Below are positions 12,739 through 26,662 of a DNA stretch of 64,000 nt, in pieces (position 1 is the stretch's first letter; the number at the start of each line of letters is the position of its first letter). The position numbers and the translations under genes are program-made. The notes under the pieces were generated by a model, which worked only from the letters and a program-made list of their open reading frames with translations, was not told the origin of the DNA and made no database searches. The stretch spans positions 84,867-148,866 of the forward strand of contig NW_018405126.1 of NCBI RefSeq assembly GCF_002113885.1, read 5' to 3'. Source of the stretch: Mizuhopecten yessoensis (taxonomy: Eukaryota).

Positions 12739-15700
12739 TTTACATCAAAGATGAACCTGCGAACTGTAGACAGATTCAGCTCTCATTTTGTTATTGGTAT
12801 TAATTGTGATTTTTTTTTTCAATTAACAAATCATACGCTGTTTCAATTAATTACAAATCGACAAAAGTAATAAATCTGAGGAGTGATATGACACATTTTG
12901 TTGATTATATCTAAAGTAAGGAAAAGAAAAAAATACAATATCAAGGAAATTGTAACAATTGGTAAAATGGTGATTTACATAAAAAGGGTTACATATGTGC
13001 ATGCTTTTTTAACATCACACATACTTAATAGGATTTAATAGGATATTAGTGGATAGAGGCAGCTGCCTCTATATACACATGAATATAATTGAAATACAAT
13101 TTGGTAAACATAAAATAAGCCTATACACAAGACGCTGTATGATCGTACTTCAACTCAAGATCTTTCCAGAATTCGTCCAAGTTTTTCTCAAAGTCAAATG
13201 CGTATGGCTTATTCAAAACTACTGTATATTAATTGAACTGTAATCAAATGAAGATATCCCGTTATGTTGCATAAAGATGTGTCTAAATATTGGATAAGAA
13301 ATACTAAGTACTAGTAATAGCACTGATAGGGAACATGTCGCATGATCGACATACATACTCAAATCTGGCTTCCTATATATACACTAGTGTTACATTAAAA
13401 TATATCAACAAAGACACTTTGTTTTGCAATCAGTATCATCCATTAAGCTACACGTTTAACATATTCAATTGATTGTACACATGATATAAATATACAAGGT
13501 TACAGGAATGTCAATCAAATCCCAAACTATTGAGGAGAACTTGAATTCTGGAAAAACAAATTTCTTTCAATCCAAACATTTATTTGTTTAAAAATACTGA
13601 ATTTGCTTCAAATTTGAAATAATATTAACATATCAATTTTCTTTATCTAAATATAAGTGTCTACATTTAACTTTACCTATAAGAATGAATTTATTCTCAG
13701 TTAAAAGTAAGTTAAAAAACATTGTTTCCTTATTTTTTCTGAAAGTATATTGCTAATGCAGTTGATATTTCTGAACAGAAAGGATATTTTAAAAATGCGA
13801 TAAAAAACACCAAATAATTTCAATATTAAAGAAAGTTCAATGGCTTAAATTAATTTAGGAAAACTCAATTATTTTTGAGAAGTCATGGCCGGATCATATG
13901 ATCTACCAAAGGTTTTCATAAATGACCTGTTTTCATTTTGCACCAATCATTTTTTGGTCAGTTGTATGCCCACGATACTTGACAGGTTGTAAAATGCCAC
14001 AGGGATTTCTGAATTCAACTGTTTTCATTAGAAAGCATTATGCATAAAATTAAGCTGTGATGGTAAGGACTGGGGTGAACCATATTCAAATATTGTTATA
14101 AATTGCTTTGTTCATCACACACATGTAAAACTGAACTGCAACGTACAAATAGCATACCAGTGCAAGACATTAAAAGAGATGTAGGCGAGAATGATTTACG
14201 TCTCCTGCCGTCATATGCTACAAATATTTTGGTAATACAAGTACAGACTTGAGGGGAAAAAAAAATATTACATTCCACTTCAAAATTAACAATAAAGCTT
14301 AAATAAGGAAACTGAATTGTATATTGACAATTGTAATAAAGCAAAGCTAACAATATCAACTGATAATGTTTTAGAATTTCTCTATTCTTGAAGTTAAGTC
14401 TGTCTGTCTGTACTGTACATGGATATAAAGTTTTCGTTTCCTATTGCCTATCATTTTCAAGCAACTCCCCAGAGCCATTTTTATATATGGACCATACTAA
14501 AACCCAATCTAAAAGAATCATCCATTTACTTTTTATGATAACTCATATCAGACTAGTATTCATTTCTATGCCTCTTTTGTGGATTGATTCAGTATTTCTT
14601 TGTTTGGAGCTGCCAAACAGTTATACAATCTGGTACACATGTAAATGTCAACAGAGAAGAGAGTGTCTGAAGTACTGTCTAGTATACATACTTGAAAATG
14701 GAAGAAGTGAGTGGTACCCAAACTTTGTCCAGCAGTAATCTAAACAGTATCAAAGAGTTCAGAATCTACTTGGTATAGTACAGCACTAGTATTTACTGTC
14801 TTTTCTTGTTTACAGTGATTTATTGAGCATACACTGGGTATTTACATATTATAACACATATCTAATATTTAAATTGGTTTTGGCCCTTGATCATACCATA
14901 GAATAGAATTACAATATAATCAATTACTTGATATACTGATGAGTATGTGTCCCATAACCAACCCCAACTGGCTGGTTTTAAATATGAAGGTGATGCTTAT
15001 TATAATTTCATTCTTTCTTAAAGGCCACAAGCATTTCTGTTCTGTAAATTCGAACTATAGCTCCTGCACCAATAAATTAAAGAAAATGTTAAACTTAAAA
15101 AGACACTAATTACCTACAGTATACTCAGAAATTGTTTGTACTAGAAGCTTCAGATCCATATTGCCTATCTACCTCATATTTTTTATATATATATTTTTTT
15201 TTTGACGAGAAGTCTACAAAAATATAAATATTTGTACTATTTTCTAAAGGTGACAGCTTGAAATCCCAGGATTTTTAGGTTTTGTTTTCAGTTTTATCTA
15301 TAAAAGATATTGTACATCATAACTTCTCAGTGTGTGATTGAGCTATAATTCAGAAGCTTGATACAACCCTGTGTTACAGATAGAAACAAAACATGATCCT
15401 ATCAATATGACATTTGTATTCTGAGGTATTTCTTACATAGCATTATATCAAAAAGTACATTTGCATCAAGCTACTCCGATCAAAATGAAATGAATTTCAC
15501 TTCGACATAAGAACCTTTAGTAGAAATGTTTCAATCCAATCACTCTTCATTATTAATCATATCTTACTAATATCTATAGTTGAAGCATGCAAATTTTAAT
15601 ATGGAAACAACCTGTACAAATGTGGAAATGCATAAAATGACTGAATAAGTATATTTACTCTTCAAGAGGAAAATTCATTGCCTTTCATTAATAAAACCCT

Positions 15701-17175
15701 ATTGACTGACACAAAACTGTAACTGTCACATCTGGACAAGTTGTAATTGCAAAATATTGTACAATTTCTCAGGTCTAAATTAATAAATAATGTGATCATA
15801 CCTATAATACAAACATTGCACAGAGGTCAGATTACAAAGTACTGATAAATCACTTCATTCTGCAAATATATATTTCTCAGTCATACTCCATTTCTGTTTC
15901 AAAGAATTCAAATTCAACATGATTTTGTTTTATTATGACGAATAATCATAAACCAAATATCAACACCAACTAAATCTACAGACTTTGGTTAAGCATACAT
16001 ATTTCTTTTTTTTTTTTAAATAAAATTTACCATAAAGGTTATTTTTGAAGAGAGCTTAAATATTGAACATAAATCCATGATGTCCCCACAAAAAAAACCT
16101 GTTTCTGTGTATTGATTTCATTATAAGCTAGGGTTGAGAGACATAATAAATTGATGGTGTATCTAGGATGGCCAGTTAGACTAGGTAGGATGATCGACCA
16201 GTCTTGTTTGATAATCGTTAACATGATTAGTGTCAATTAAACAGTTGACACATTTTCTGCCCTTAATAGGTGTTTGACCAGTGACCCATGAAATGAATGC
16301 CCAAATGTTATGTGAATTTTATGATTGGTTCTATATCTATATAACTTGACTGTGTAAATATCATCACCTGTATTTGCTGAGTTGATTTTTGTTTTGTTTA
16401 TATGATATGCATGTAGACCTACACTGTTGAGGTCAACTTTATCACTAATAACATGGTAAGCCTCTTATCTGCCACTCTAAATTTCATTTAGACCTCTTCA
16501 TTTTCACATGAACAATTTGTATATAATACATGATGATTTTTTATTTCAATAAAATATTAGCTTATACTCAAGCATATTGTTGATACACATAGTAATTTCT
16601 TGTTTCATATTAAAACTCATTGCTACATTTAACAGTCAAAGCACTATTGCAAATCAGGTGAATGATTTCATTTCCAAATCTGGTACAAATGCCATAAAAA
16701 AGCTGTAACATTCGAATTGTTACCTCAACTTCAGATCTAATTTTTGTTCAGCTGAGACAAACAGTAGCACCACTAGCCATCCTTGACAAATTCACACCAA
16801 TGTTAAAATACCCCAAAACAAAAAATTCAACTTTCGACATAATCCTGTGTTTCTTTTTTTACCACTTTTTTTTTAGCTCTACAGCTAAGGGGCCAAGTAC
16901 CTACTGCCTTCATCTGGAAGAGAATTTGTAGATTGAATACTCCTGTAAACAATGCATCAATTGACCTCAACAACAACATATCACGATTCACAGACACAGT
17001 GGTCTACTCTCGTTCACTCAAATCTACGTTTACATCCTTAAACAAAACAGGAAGTAAAAACATCAAAGATTAAAACAAAATATCACAATTCTATTAAGTT
17101 CACACACTAATCAACATGCTCGAGGTTTTCCTCCCAAACAAGCACTTCTTTGTCCGACTAGCATCCATGGCAGAT

Positions 17176-20100
17176 TCATTCCCGGGATTGATAAAACAAA
17201 ATATAACCAGTCTCTGAGTTTTTCTGTAAATCCGAAGGCAATCCGTAAAAGTCTTCTATAGCATTGGAATCAATTTTCTGGAAGAGAAATAAATGTTTCA
17301 GAAATATCATAGACCTGTAAGTCACAGATAATCATGACATTCTCAAAGCAGATTTCAGCTAACACTTCCCATGTATTAGCTGAAACCAATGCTTTTAAAC
17401 GTTAGTACCTTACAGAAACAAACTTTTTTCACAAGAGAATCACCGGGGTAATGTAATCAGGGTAATGTAATAGTTAATACTATACTATTTAATCAAAGGG
17501 AAGGAACTCTGTCTCATGCTAGTGTTCACAAATAATACAGTTAATACTATACTATTGAATCAAAGGGAAGGAACTCTTGTTTCATGCTAGTATTCATAAA
17601 CACAATTAGAAACTAGAAATTGTTGGTAACAATCTGACGGACTTTTCATCACAAACCTTTTTTATGCTCGTGGTTTTTATCTTCTTTGAAGAAAAGTTCA
17701 AGTTAACCATATTACTGAAAGAAGCTTTGTTTTTCGTTTAAAATTAATCAAAATACTGATACAATGGCAAAATTGAAGAAAAAATAAATAAATCATAGCT
17801 CCCTTACCTTTATATAACTTGAGTCAAGAGTCTCACTATTTTTACAAACTGATTTTCACACAATACATGTACCTTTAACTTTTCTTTCGAAAACTTCCTT
17901 GACATAGTCTCTAAAATGTTTGGTAATTAAAATTCATTTGTTGTTTTCTTGAATTTTGGTCAATGTTTTTAAGATATTAAAATGTTCAATCCGCTTAAGA
18001 TTTTCATAACTATATTTTCTTGAATTTTCAAAATCCCCAAAAAAAGTTGTACTTTTTAATTTTAACTTTGTTCAAAAACCTTATGCACGGAATATGGTTT
18101 ATAGGAAAACCAATTTTACGCACTCAATTAAAAGAAAACACTTGTATATTGATATTACGCAACCTTATTCTGGATGATTGTTTAATATGAAATGCGAGAT
18201 GGACTTACATCAACAATATCATCGTCAAACAGGAACCAGAAGCCGTCACTCTTAACAATACTGATGTAGTGTCCTCGGTTGAGGCTGCTGCCGATATGAA
18301 TCACCACGGCTACCAGGTCGTACATTCGGTCAGGGTTACAAGCGTCATCCGACTAAACACAAATACGTTTCATTTTAATATCTTTACTTTCCTATAAGCT
18401 TAAGAAAAGTCCAATTCTAATTTGTTAACGTCACAATTAATAGGGTTCAAATACGAATTAGAATTTTTTCACGACAACCTACACATGTCCCTGTCTGTGT
18501 ATTTGATTCGTTACACCAGCAATCCATAATGTAATACATTTTTTATTTTATGAAAAAGAGACAAAAACTATATTTGTTAAAATATATACTTTGGAATAAA
18601 GTGAATTTATATCATAGTTATATGATAGTCTTAAGTCTACTAGAATTGGATTGGTCACTTACTGTATTAAACAATCGTAACTCTAAGGGAAAGACAACTC
18701 TGTATGACAACTTGGTAAATCGGTTCATCTGTTCCATGTACTTGAACCTCTTCAGGTGCAGAGCCAGAATCTGAGGCAACTTTTTCACTCTCATCCTAGA
18801 GAACAAACAACATAGGGTGAATTGGTCTTCTTAGAATGTGGTTAACTCATTCATCCCTGAAATTTCATAATGAACTATTCCAAACTTTGAAATGGAAGAG
18901 TTCAAATGTGTCTTCAGGGGTGAATGAGTTAAATAAAACCAAATGTACAATATTGCAAAATTCACATCAAGTCATCGTATTAACGTAATTCTGACTGGTA
19001 ATGACTTATATAGTACCGGTATATGATGACAAACAAGAAATTTTGACAATTATCATACAATATATATTTAATACTTTAAGCAGTTTTCTAAATTTTGAAA
19101 AGGAATATTCTTATTTTATAAACATATTTTTCACAAGTTCAAAGGACCAGTTAGGTTAGGTGATTCACTAGTCCTTGCTGAAATCTACTAGTCCAGGACT
19201 AGTGGACTAGTGTTAGCGTCGACTCCTGCTGTGGATTCTAACCTTTTCTGGGCCTCCTGTTTACTACAGCATCCCTCGCAGTAGTACTTGTGCTCTGCAC
19301 AAAGGGTCTCTGTGCTGCTGAAACCCCGCAGACAGTGTGTGATAGAGGTGTTCTGTTCTACGTCTACAGACAGGTCTAGGAAATCCTCATCCTTACTGCT
19401 GACCTGCAAAACACAAAATCCAACTTGGATTAACATCAACAACTGACATAATGATAGATATTCTCTTAAAAGTGGTGGTTTGTTGTCAGTTGATCGTGAT
19501 AGACAAGGTATATAGCGTACAACAATAATGTAAGTCAATTTCCAAATTTCAAAAAGTCACAAGGTCTTTCATATAAACACTGTACATATGTGTGTATCTC
19601 AGAAATACTGGGTAGAGCTGAGGTTAGGACCGGAGTTAAGCTGACTCAAGTGTATTATGACTAGAGATTGACCTTCCTGAGCATGGACTTTCTCTATCCA
19701 AGATAAAAATTGCTGTAAGCCCAGTCACTCTGCTGAACACAGGTATTGAAGAAGTATCTTTGATTCAAGTACTCCCACTTAAAAGATGTTCCAACTTTAA
19801 CCACAGAGAATTAATCCTGTAAACTGTTTCTTCTTGAAATACAGTATTCAAAAGGTAAGCAAATGCTTCAAGTGATACTCAAGTAAACAATCCTATGGGC
19901 CTACAATACCCTATTTAAGGATAAGGAAAGGTTACATCTACCCATTGCAATCCCATAAATCACAGAGGCTGTTTAGAAGTACGTCAAATTGTCTAAAACT
20001 TTTGAAATCATATGTTTTGAGACTATATAATGATATTAGGTCAACAAATTATATCAGTAGAGCTCCGCTGTGCATTGACTATACCACTCACCCTCTCCGT

Positions 20101-23100
20101 CTTCTCACTGTTTTACCCATTCACCCCCCAAGTCACAATTGAACCTTACCAAATCAAAGACTGGGCAAGTCCATTTTAGAAATATAGGGGTGAATGGGTT
20201 AAACAAACCGTTTTCATAGTTCCAACAACTGATCATTTTGGTCATTATTTCCACTTGTTCCCTGTGTGCACTTCTACCATATCAGTGTATACAAACGTCC
20301 CCGAGTGTCTACAACTTTTCCTCTCACAGTTCATACATATTGTCTTCAAAAGTTCTGTCTCAAATAAACAATCCCTATGACTTACCGTCTCACAGTTTAG
20401 ACACCGTGTCTCGTTCGTGAATGTCCCCTGGAACAGGTCCTCCACCCATGTGGGTTCTGACTTGGAACCAGGCTGGTTATCACTCCCTCCATTCTTTGGC
20501 TTAGTTCCCTGTTTTTCTGTAATTATTAAATAGGACGTTTAATGGTACTTTATAGGAGTTTTACTTGATTTCTGTGGTGTTTATACTGTGTAAGGGGTGA
20601 TTATAAGGTGTATGCCTTAATACATGTATAGACATTATATAAAACCAAGCTCTTGATTGACCATGATTAGGGTTTCCGATAGTCATTTTATCTAAGTTTA
20701 TTTGCTACTTTATCAAATCTGTATCAACTGGTCTTCACTCATATACAATAATATTACATTTCAGATATACACTAAACATGGATCTCCATAACATTGCATG
20801 ATTAGATATCTGGACAGCTGGTATATAAAATCTACACATCAGGTCATTTATCATCCCTATATATAGAAGTCAGTGAGCATTCACATACAGATGTCAAAGA
20901 GTCCCCCTGTATAGAGAGGTCAGTGCACCCCCCCCCCCCCTTCCCGGTATTAAGGTCAGTGAACCACCTGTATACAGAGGTCAGTGATGCTCATCTGTAA
21001 AATATAGAGATTAATGGTCCCATCTATGTTTAAAGTGGTCATTGACACACACACCCTCCCCTACGTATACAGATGTCAGTGATGCCCATCTGTACATGGA
21101 GGTCATTGCTTCCCATCTGTACATAGAGATCAATGGTTCTACCTATTGCCAGTCATTGGGTGCTCGGGTGATACACTGGATAATGCACTAGCCTTTCACC
21201 AAGGTAACGGGGGTTTGATTCCCAATCACACATAACGGTATTAAGTAGCCTGTTCGACTAACTGGGTTTTCTCCAGGTACTCTGGTTTCCTCCCACGTTA
21301 AGACCATGCATGCTACCATCTGGGCTAACAAGAGTGATTTATTTAAGTTGAAATAACTTGTTACATGATTGTTGTAAAATAAATAAAGTTTATATTTGGT
21401 CCCATCCTTAAAAACAATGGTCTATCATTGATCCACCCTGTGTTAGTGTACTAAGGTCATCGAGTCTAGTAAAATGTACCTTGGAGCAGCTCGGACACCC
21501 TGTTGAGTAAGTAGTTGAGGAACTCATGTGCATCTTGCTGCATGTAGTTGTCGAAAAGTTCTGTGCAAGGAAAGATGCATCTTATTACTACCAACATAAG
21601 GTGATTTTACTTAAAAATTACCATTATGACTCAAACACATAGATTAGCCCTTCATATGAATTGTATCATTCTTCACTTGGCATTTTTAACATCAATTTGC
21701 AAAAATTAAATCTTTTGTCTGTAAAAAAGTCTTGTTTTTCCCTAAAAAATATTTTAACTCATAAGTAAAATGTAAGACATGGAAATGGAAATTCAGAGTA
21801 AAAAGCATCACACTTTCAATCTGCCCCGATCAGCATATGCATACCATATTCCTTGCGCAACCTTGTGATGAATTTCTTTGGAGCAATAGTTCCGACCTTC
21901 TTTTTCTGCGTTGCTATGTTGTAGAAGAGGTCGGCTAGACAGGTCAGCAGGCTCTCCTTCTTGTTGTTCTTCTGGTGTTGTTTGTACTGCAACACCTTCT
22001 CTCGGAATGGCCGACAGAAATACAGTGCTTGTAGAACCGAATTACAGTAACAGGTGTTACCAAACTGAAAATACACGAAGTCATCTAACTCTATAGTTTC
22101 TAATATGGTCACTTCAACAATATATTATATATATATGCACAGGTTCAATTACATGGCAATGTAATTAATTAAATCACAAATCCAGCATCGCTGACCTCTG
22201 TATACAGGGGGATCAATTTGAATAAGTTTTAATTGATGTGAAAAGCTTCTTTACTATAACGACAATTTAACATGTTCTAATATTTTCAGTCAAAAGTTTT
22301 AACTAGAACTACCTGTATAACATTTTAAAATTATATTAGAACTTTGGTTGCTGGATTTGTGATTGAATTAATTACATTGCCATGTAATTGAACCTGTGCA
22401 TTTGCCTGCAGGCATTAATAGGCGCAAGGAAAGACAATGGCCATGAGTGATAGAGGTGTGCATTTAAAACTGCAATAACCCAAAATATTTGAGAAAATCT
22501 GATACAGTTTAAAGATTTAAGAACTAATTTGATAATGGCCTACTATTGAAATAAAATTTGAAAAACTTGAAAATGGATAGTAGTACTTTACAGTTTATGA
22601 AGTTTAGTGGATAATAAAGATAGCCACACTCCTGGGAAAATCTTTGCTCAAGTGCAGATAAATAATCACCTGGTTGATAGTTTTCCCAGGGGCCGACACT
22701 AACACTATAGTCCGCTAGTTCTGGACTAGCAGATTTCAGCAAGGACTAGTGAGTCACCTAACTAAACTGGTCCTTTGGACTTGTGAAAAATATGATTATA
22801 AAATAAGAATATTCCTTTTTAAAATTAAGAAACCTTTGCTCAAGTGTGGATCACCTGGTTGATAGTTTTCAAACTATCTCAATCTGCGTGACAATGTTCC
22901 TTAAATATTTATTTTATGGCTGTTTTGTGCCATTGTCATCTGATCTGTGTTCCCATAAATTATGCAGTTTGTAACTAATTAAGAAGATGTCAGGCCAAAC
23001 AGCAACAAATGAGAACTTAGAAAATCTGTTGAGTGATAATAAGGACAGTAATTATAATATAAAAATAAATATATAAGATATTTGAAGATTTTTTTTAGCT

Positions 23101-24820
23101 AATGTGTATTTTTTTTTGCCAAAATGTTGGAAAAAAAAGGATTGGATGCAAAAAAATACCATTGGTTGGGAAACCAGAAGAAAAAAATATTTTTCTGCCT
23201 TATCAAAATTATTTGCTAACAGCATTTTACAGTGAAACACATACATGATGAAAATGAAAGCATCGACTAACACAGAGCTGAGCTAAAGAGAAATTCCCTC
23301 TAGCTCGAAGCTAGAAGACGACCGTAATCCTATATGCACAATTAAAACCTGCAACAAATGTATTAAAGTACATTGTACCTATTCAAAATTAAGAATGATT
23401 CTATAAACCAATACTTACATTCACTAATCCGAAGTAGTGTTCATTTGCAGGCAACTGTTCGGATCCAATTTCCTTCTCTAGCTGGGAAGCATTGTTTCCC
23501 TATAAAGAAATTAAGAAAATAGTGTCAGGTGATGAACAAATGTAATTTCACTTTTCACTTTCAAGAAATCACATAACAGTAATTGTGCACTTCGAAAATG
23601 ATTTACCTTAACTCCTTTCTCTCAACATTTCAAATTTACACAAAAAAAAATGGTTTCCTACCTGATGAATAGAGTCATCTATTGAAAACGCTCATGATAT
23701 ACATTTTGTATAACCAACTCAATTCATCACTCCAAGAAACTGACAAAAGCAAAACTCATTCTTTGATTAAAATTTGATCTGGCCGAATGCACTATTGTAA
23801 TTAACTTCTTGTCACCTGTACATGTCTGTCTGGTCTTTGCTTAGCTAGATCTAGACCTCAATATTTTTGCCAATTTCATACTACAGAACATCATCGGGCT
23901 GTGACATTTTACCAGATACATTAAAGCAGATATATTAACGGGCAGTAAAACCTGATGAAAAAAATACTAGTCTCATCTGGCTTATCAATAAGCTGTGATG
24001 AAATGTCCGACATACAAATGCAAGATGATCTAAGAATCGGGTGGGGTGGGGTCATGTGAGAGTGGATGGTTGATAGGGACCACACTGTGTTTTCAGACTC
24101 AATAAACGTGCAGTTACCACGAAGCCTAATATCCATCGTGTAGTAATATAATGTACAAAAGGTAGCTACTTAGTTTTGGTAAGTGATATAATCAAATTTT
24201 ACATAACATATTTTTAAAATCCATATTGACAATTAACAGAATACGTGGCTTTTATATTTTCTAAAAATTGACCTTTAGTTCGCATTATAGTGTAATGACA
24301 CGGACTTAGATAATCTAATTCCGTGGTAATGACCATGATGACAAACTTCAAAAAATATTATTTGAACTGGCGAAGGATCAAATATGTTTCTGAAGGACCT
24401 ACAATGTAACTTAGCTACTGGTCAGTAATAGGACAGTCTCACAAGTCGAAGACTTACAACGTGCGAACAGTAACAATATTATATAACATATGCAACTGGA
24501 ATCATAAAGAATGTACGTCCGGACAGTTCGATTTAAAAACATTTCATTTTATTTAAATCAATAAGCGACACACATTATTTTACACAAAATCAACCGAATA
24601 TGTCTTCATTTCTTGTCAGCAGTCAGCTTTTGAACATACTGTCAGCAAGGATCAAACATCAATGATCTGATCATCAGGACGGAAATGAAAGTTCCACTGT
24701 TACGTATACATGGTTATATCGTCAAACCAAGAAAACCTGAAACATGTCTCGACAACGCTGTGCGAACCGGCGTCCTCACATAACAAATAACTAAATGACG
24801 ATATCAAAACTACAAACCAT
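17176..24820 (-). CDS. USP46: Ubiquitin carboxyl-terminal hydrolase 12/46 (USP12/USP46 family), 9 coding exons, 351 aa
   Basis: Exons on minus: 24818-24820 (ATG only), 23419-23499, 21845-22064, 21480-21560, 20386-20516, 19243-19403, 18663-18795, 18209-18352, 17176-17277. All introns GT-AG with compatible phases; total 1056 nt. Cys box [24 protein letters not shown], Zn ligands CLNC/CEGC, His box RGHY, FDDD and C-terminal [10 protein letters not shown] match the family. USP12 versus USP46 cannot be separated (probable single invertebrate co-orthologue). The ATG-only first exon is the least certain part. Confidence 0.95.
18842..18932. mobile_element. About 90-bp TTAA-bounded MITE (USP46 intron 6)
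   Basis: TTAACTCATTCATCCCTGAA...TTCAGGGGTGAATGAGTTAA; interior shared with the 12651 copy. Confidence 0.7.
19085..19228. repeat. About 145-bp dispersed repeat with an inverted copy at 22687-22832
   Basis: AAGGAATATTCTTATTTTATAA.CATATTTTTCACAAGT.CAAAGGACCAGTT...CACTAGTCCTTGCTGAAATCT matches the reverse complement of 22687-22832. Confidence 0.85.
20860..21140. repeat. Degenerate about 30-bp tandem repeat (USP46 intron 4)
   Basis: Recurrent TGTATACAGAGGTCAGTGA..CCCATC-like units. Confidence 0.6.
21158..21396 (+). mobile_element. tRNA-derived SINE with V-domain-like core
   Basis: Degenerate A/B boxes (GGGTTTGATTCCC), central GGGTTTTCTCCAGGTACTCTGGTTTCCTCCCAC, and AT-rich tail TAAAATAAATAAAGTT. 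Confidence 0.7.
22136..22400. mobile_element. MITE with about 52-bp terminal inverted repeats (USP46 intron 2)
   Basis: TGCACAGGTTCAATTACATGGCAATGTAATTAATT.AATCACAAATCCAGCA and its near-perfect reverse complement at the other end. Confidence 0.8.
24292..24332. mobile_element. Putative DNA-transposon excision footprint (27-bp core, 7-bp direct repeat)
   Basis: gtaatga CACGGACTTAGATAATCTAATTCCGTG gtaatga. Confidence 0.7.
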
Positions 24821-24869
24821 AGTTGTGGATCCTCACGGTACCTAAAATGCTTCAACAGTCTTCGTTTAT

Positions 24870-25002
24870 TTACACCGGCGCCATATTTGTTCTCATGTCA
24901 TGTCTAATAATGGATCAGAAGCACTTGTTCCGGAAGTTACTCCGACTTTCATTTGAGTTATTTCCCTTTATTGGCGAACAGCCGTTGTTCGGAGTAACTT
25001 CC
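24870..25002 (-). promoter_or_regulatory. Probable USP46 promoter/5'UTR elements
   Basis: YY1/TISU-like AAATATGGCG forming uORF ATGGCGCCGGTGTAA (24884-24870), ETS motif CCGGAAGT at 24930-24937, and a perfect 14-bp inverted repeat at 24932-24945/24989-25002. Confidence 0.5.
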
Positions 25003-26635
25003 TTTCTTTCGAATATTGATTTACTTTGAAGAAGAAAAAAATCTGATAATTTTGATCACTTGAAGTTGGATGCCTGATACTAAGTTCTTAACTAGGGGAG
25101 ATAATTCAGCTAGTAGTAAAATGAAATGGAGAAATTCTTCATAAAAACGCAGGTTTTAAAAAGAAANGGGGAGATGCACTTAAGAGCAAAATATTAACAC
25201 TAAGTGAACAAAAAAAAATGAACTTAATGGCAACAAATCACATATTAGCAAAATCTTTTGCACTTAAATACAAAAAGCACATAATGCAAACACTTTTTCT
25301 TCATTATGTAGTGATCTTTTCACATTATATACCTTCGCACTTTCGTACAAAGTACAAAAAAATATCCTCATACCCCTTTCAACAAAATGAATGATTCCAG
25401 TACCCATTTTTGAAACGTTTCTAACACTTCAATGGAAAAAGTTGTTTTTGCAAAACAAAAACAAAAAACATGTTTCACTTCATTGATTTTTTTTGGCTCT
25501 AAAGTGCGAAAGAACAAATAGTTAATGATAACTACATAATGACTAAAAGCTATGTAAAAACCATTAAGTGCAAAAGAACAATTATTTAAAGATTATCAAA
25601 ATATGACTACATAATGACAATAAGTTTGCCATTATGTCAGGTTTTAAGTCCGTGACTGATGTACAGAAAACGTTTATTTTACCTCAAGTGAAAAAAGGTC
25701 GTTTTTGCACTTAGGTATAAATTAAAATGACATAATGGCGAGTACTTTTTATCATTATGTAGTGATCTGTTTACAGCAAATACCTTTGCCTTTAAGTTAT
25801 GCAATACAAGGTACGTACTACATCGCTCATTGGTTAACCAATCCTAGAGCTTGATTTTAGAACAGTCGAAAAAGACTTTGGTGGGGGAATTGCTTGTTGG
25901 AAGTCTCTTCCTGTTAATTTTACTTAATGTTTTTTACACTTAAGTGCAAAACTTTTACACTCAAGTTAAAAAGCACATATTCAACATTACGGTTTTTTTG
26001 CACATAGTGCAAAAGTTTTTTCGCTTAAGTAGACATCAATGAGGTATTTTATCCTAAAACGGCCGTCCATAGTCTAAAGCTTACAATGGGCAAAATACCT
26101 GGTCTTGTTTCAATTGAAAATCTCAGCAGTGACATATATATTACGATGCATACAGTATATTGGGCACACGAAAAAATGGCAACGAAGAGTAAAAGTCACT
26201 TTTGGATGATGGTAGAAAAACATAACCTCAATTCTTTCTAGTTTAGCGAACTTTCTGTAAACCGAATTTGCTATGTATACGTGAAACACACATGTTGGTA
26301 TATATAAAAGCCTAGCTAGCATTGACTATCGTATTTCTGTAATATCGGAATTTATTGGAATATCGATATTGGCAGGTTCAGTCCATTACACCGGGCCAAA
26401 TTCGGCCCATGTCATGAAATTGGCGGGAAATCCGACGTTGTATTCGCTATGACGTCATAATTATGCTGAATTCAACATGGGCCGAACTCGACCCAGACTG
26501 TCTGTCTGAACTTTCCCCATTGCGAGGCGGCCACCCAATCTTTCGACAGAAAAAGTTGAATAATCATTGATAACGGACATTTTTGCTCTTTTGTGATTAG
26601 TACGGAATGTGGTATTTCTTCAAATGCCATACTGC

Positions 26636-26662
26636 CCAGAACCACGGATTCCGTGCCAGAAC
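26636..26662. mobile_element. Putative DNA-transposon excision footprint (13-bp core, 7-bp direct repeat)
   Basis: ccagaac CACGGATTCCGTG ccagaac. Confidence 0.7.

Noticed and set aside
23660-23700. Hammerhead-like CTGATGA-ATAGA..TCTAT-TGAAA in USP46 intron 1
   Set aside because: Core register is off, and there is no helix III, NUH site or helix I pairing.
25167-25167. Single ambiguous base n
   Set aside because: Assembly ambiguity within a transposon remnant; no biological inference drawn, though local contiguity should be checked.
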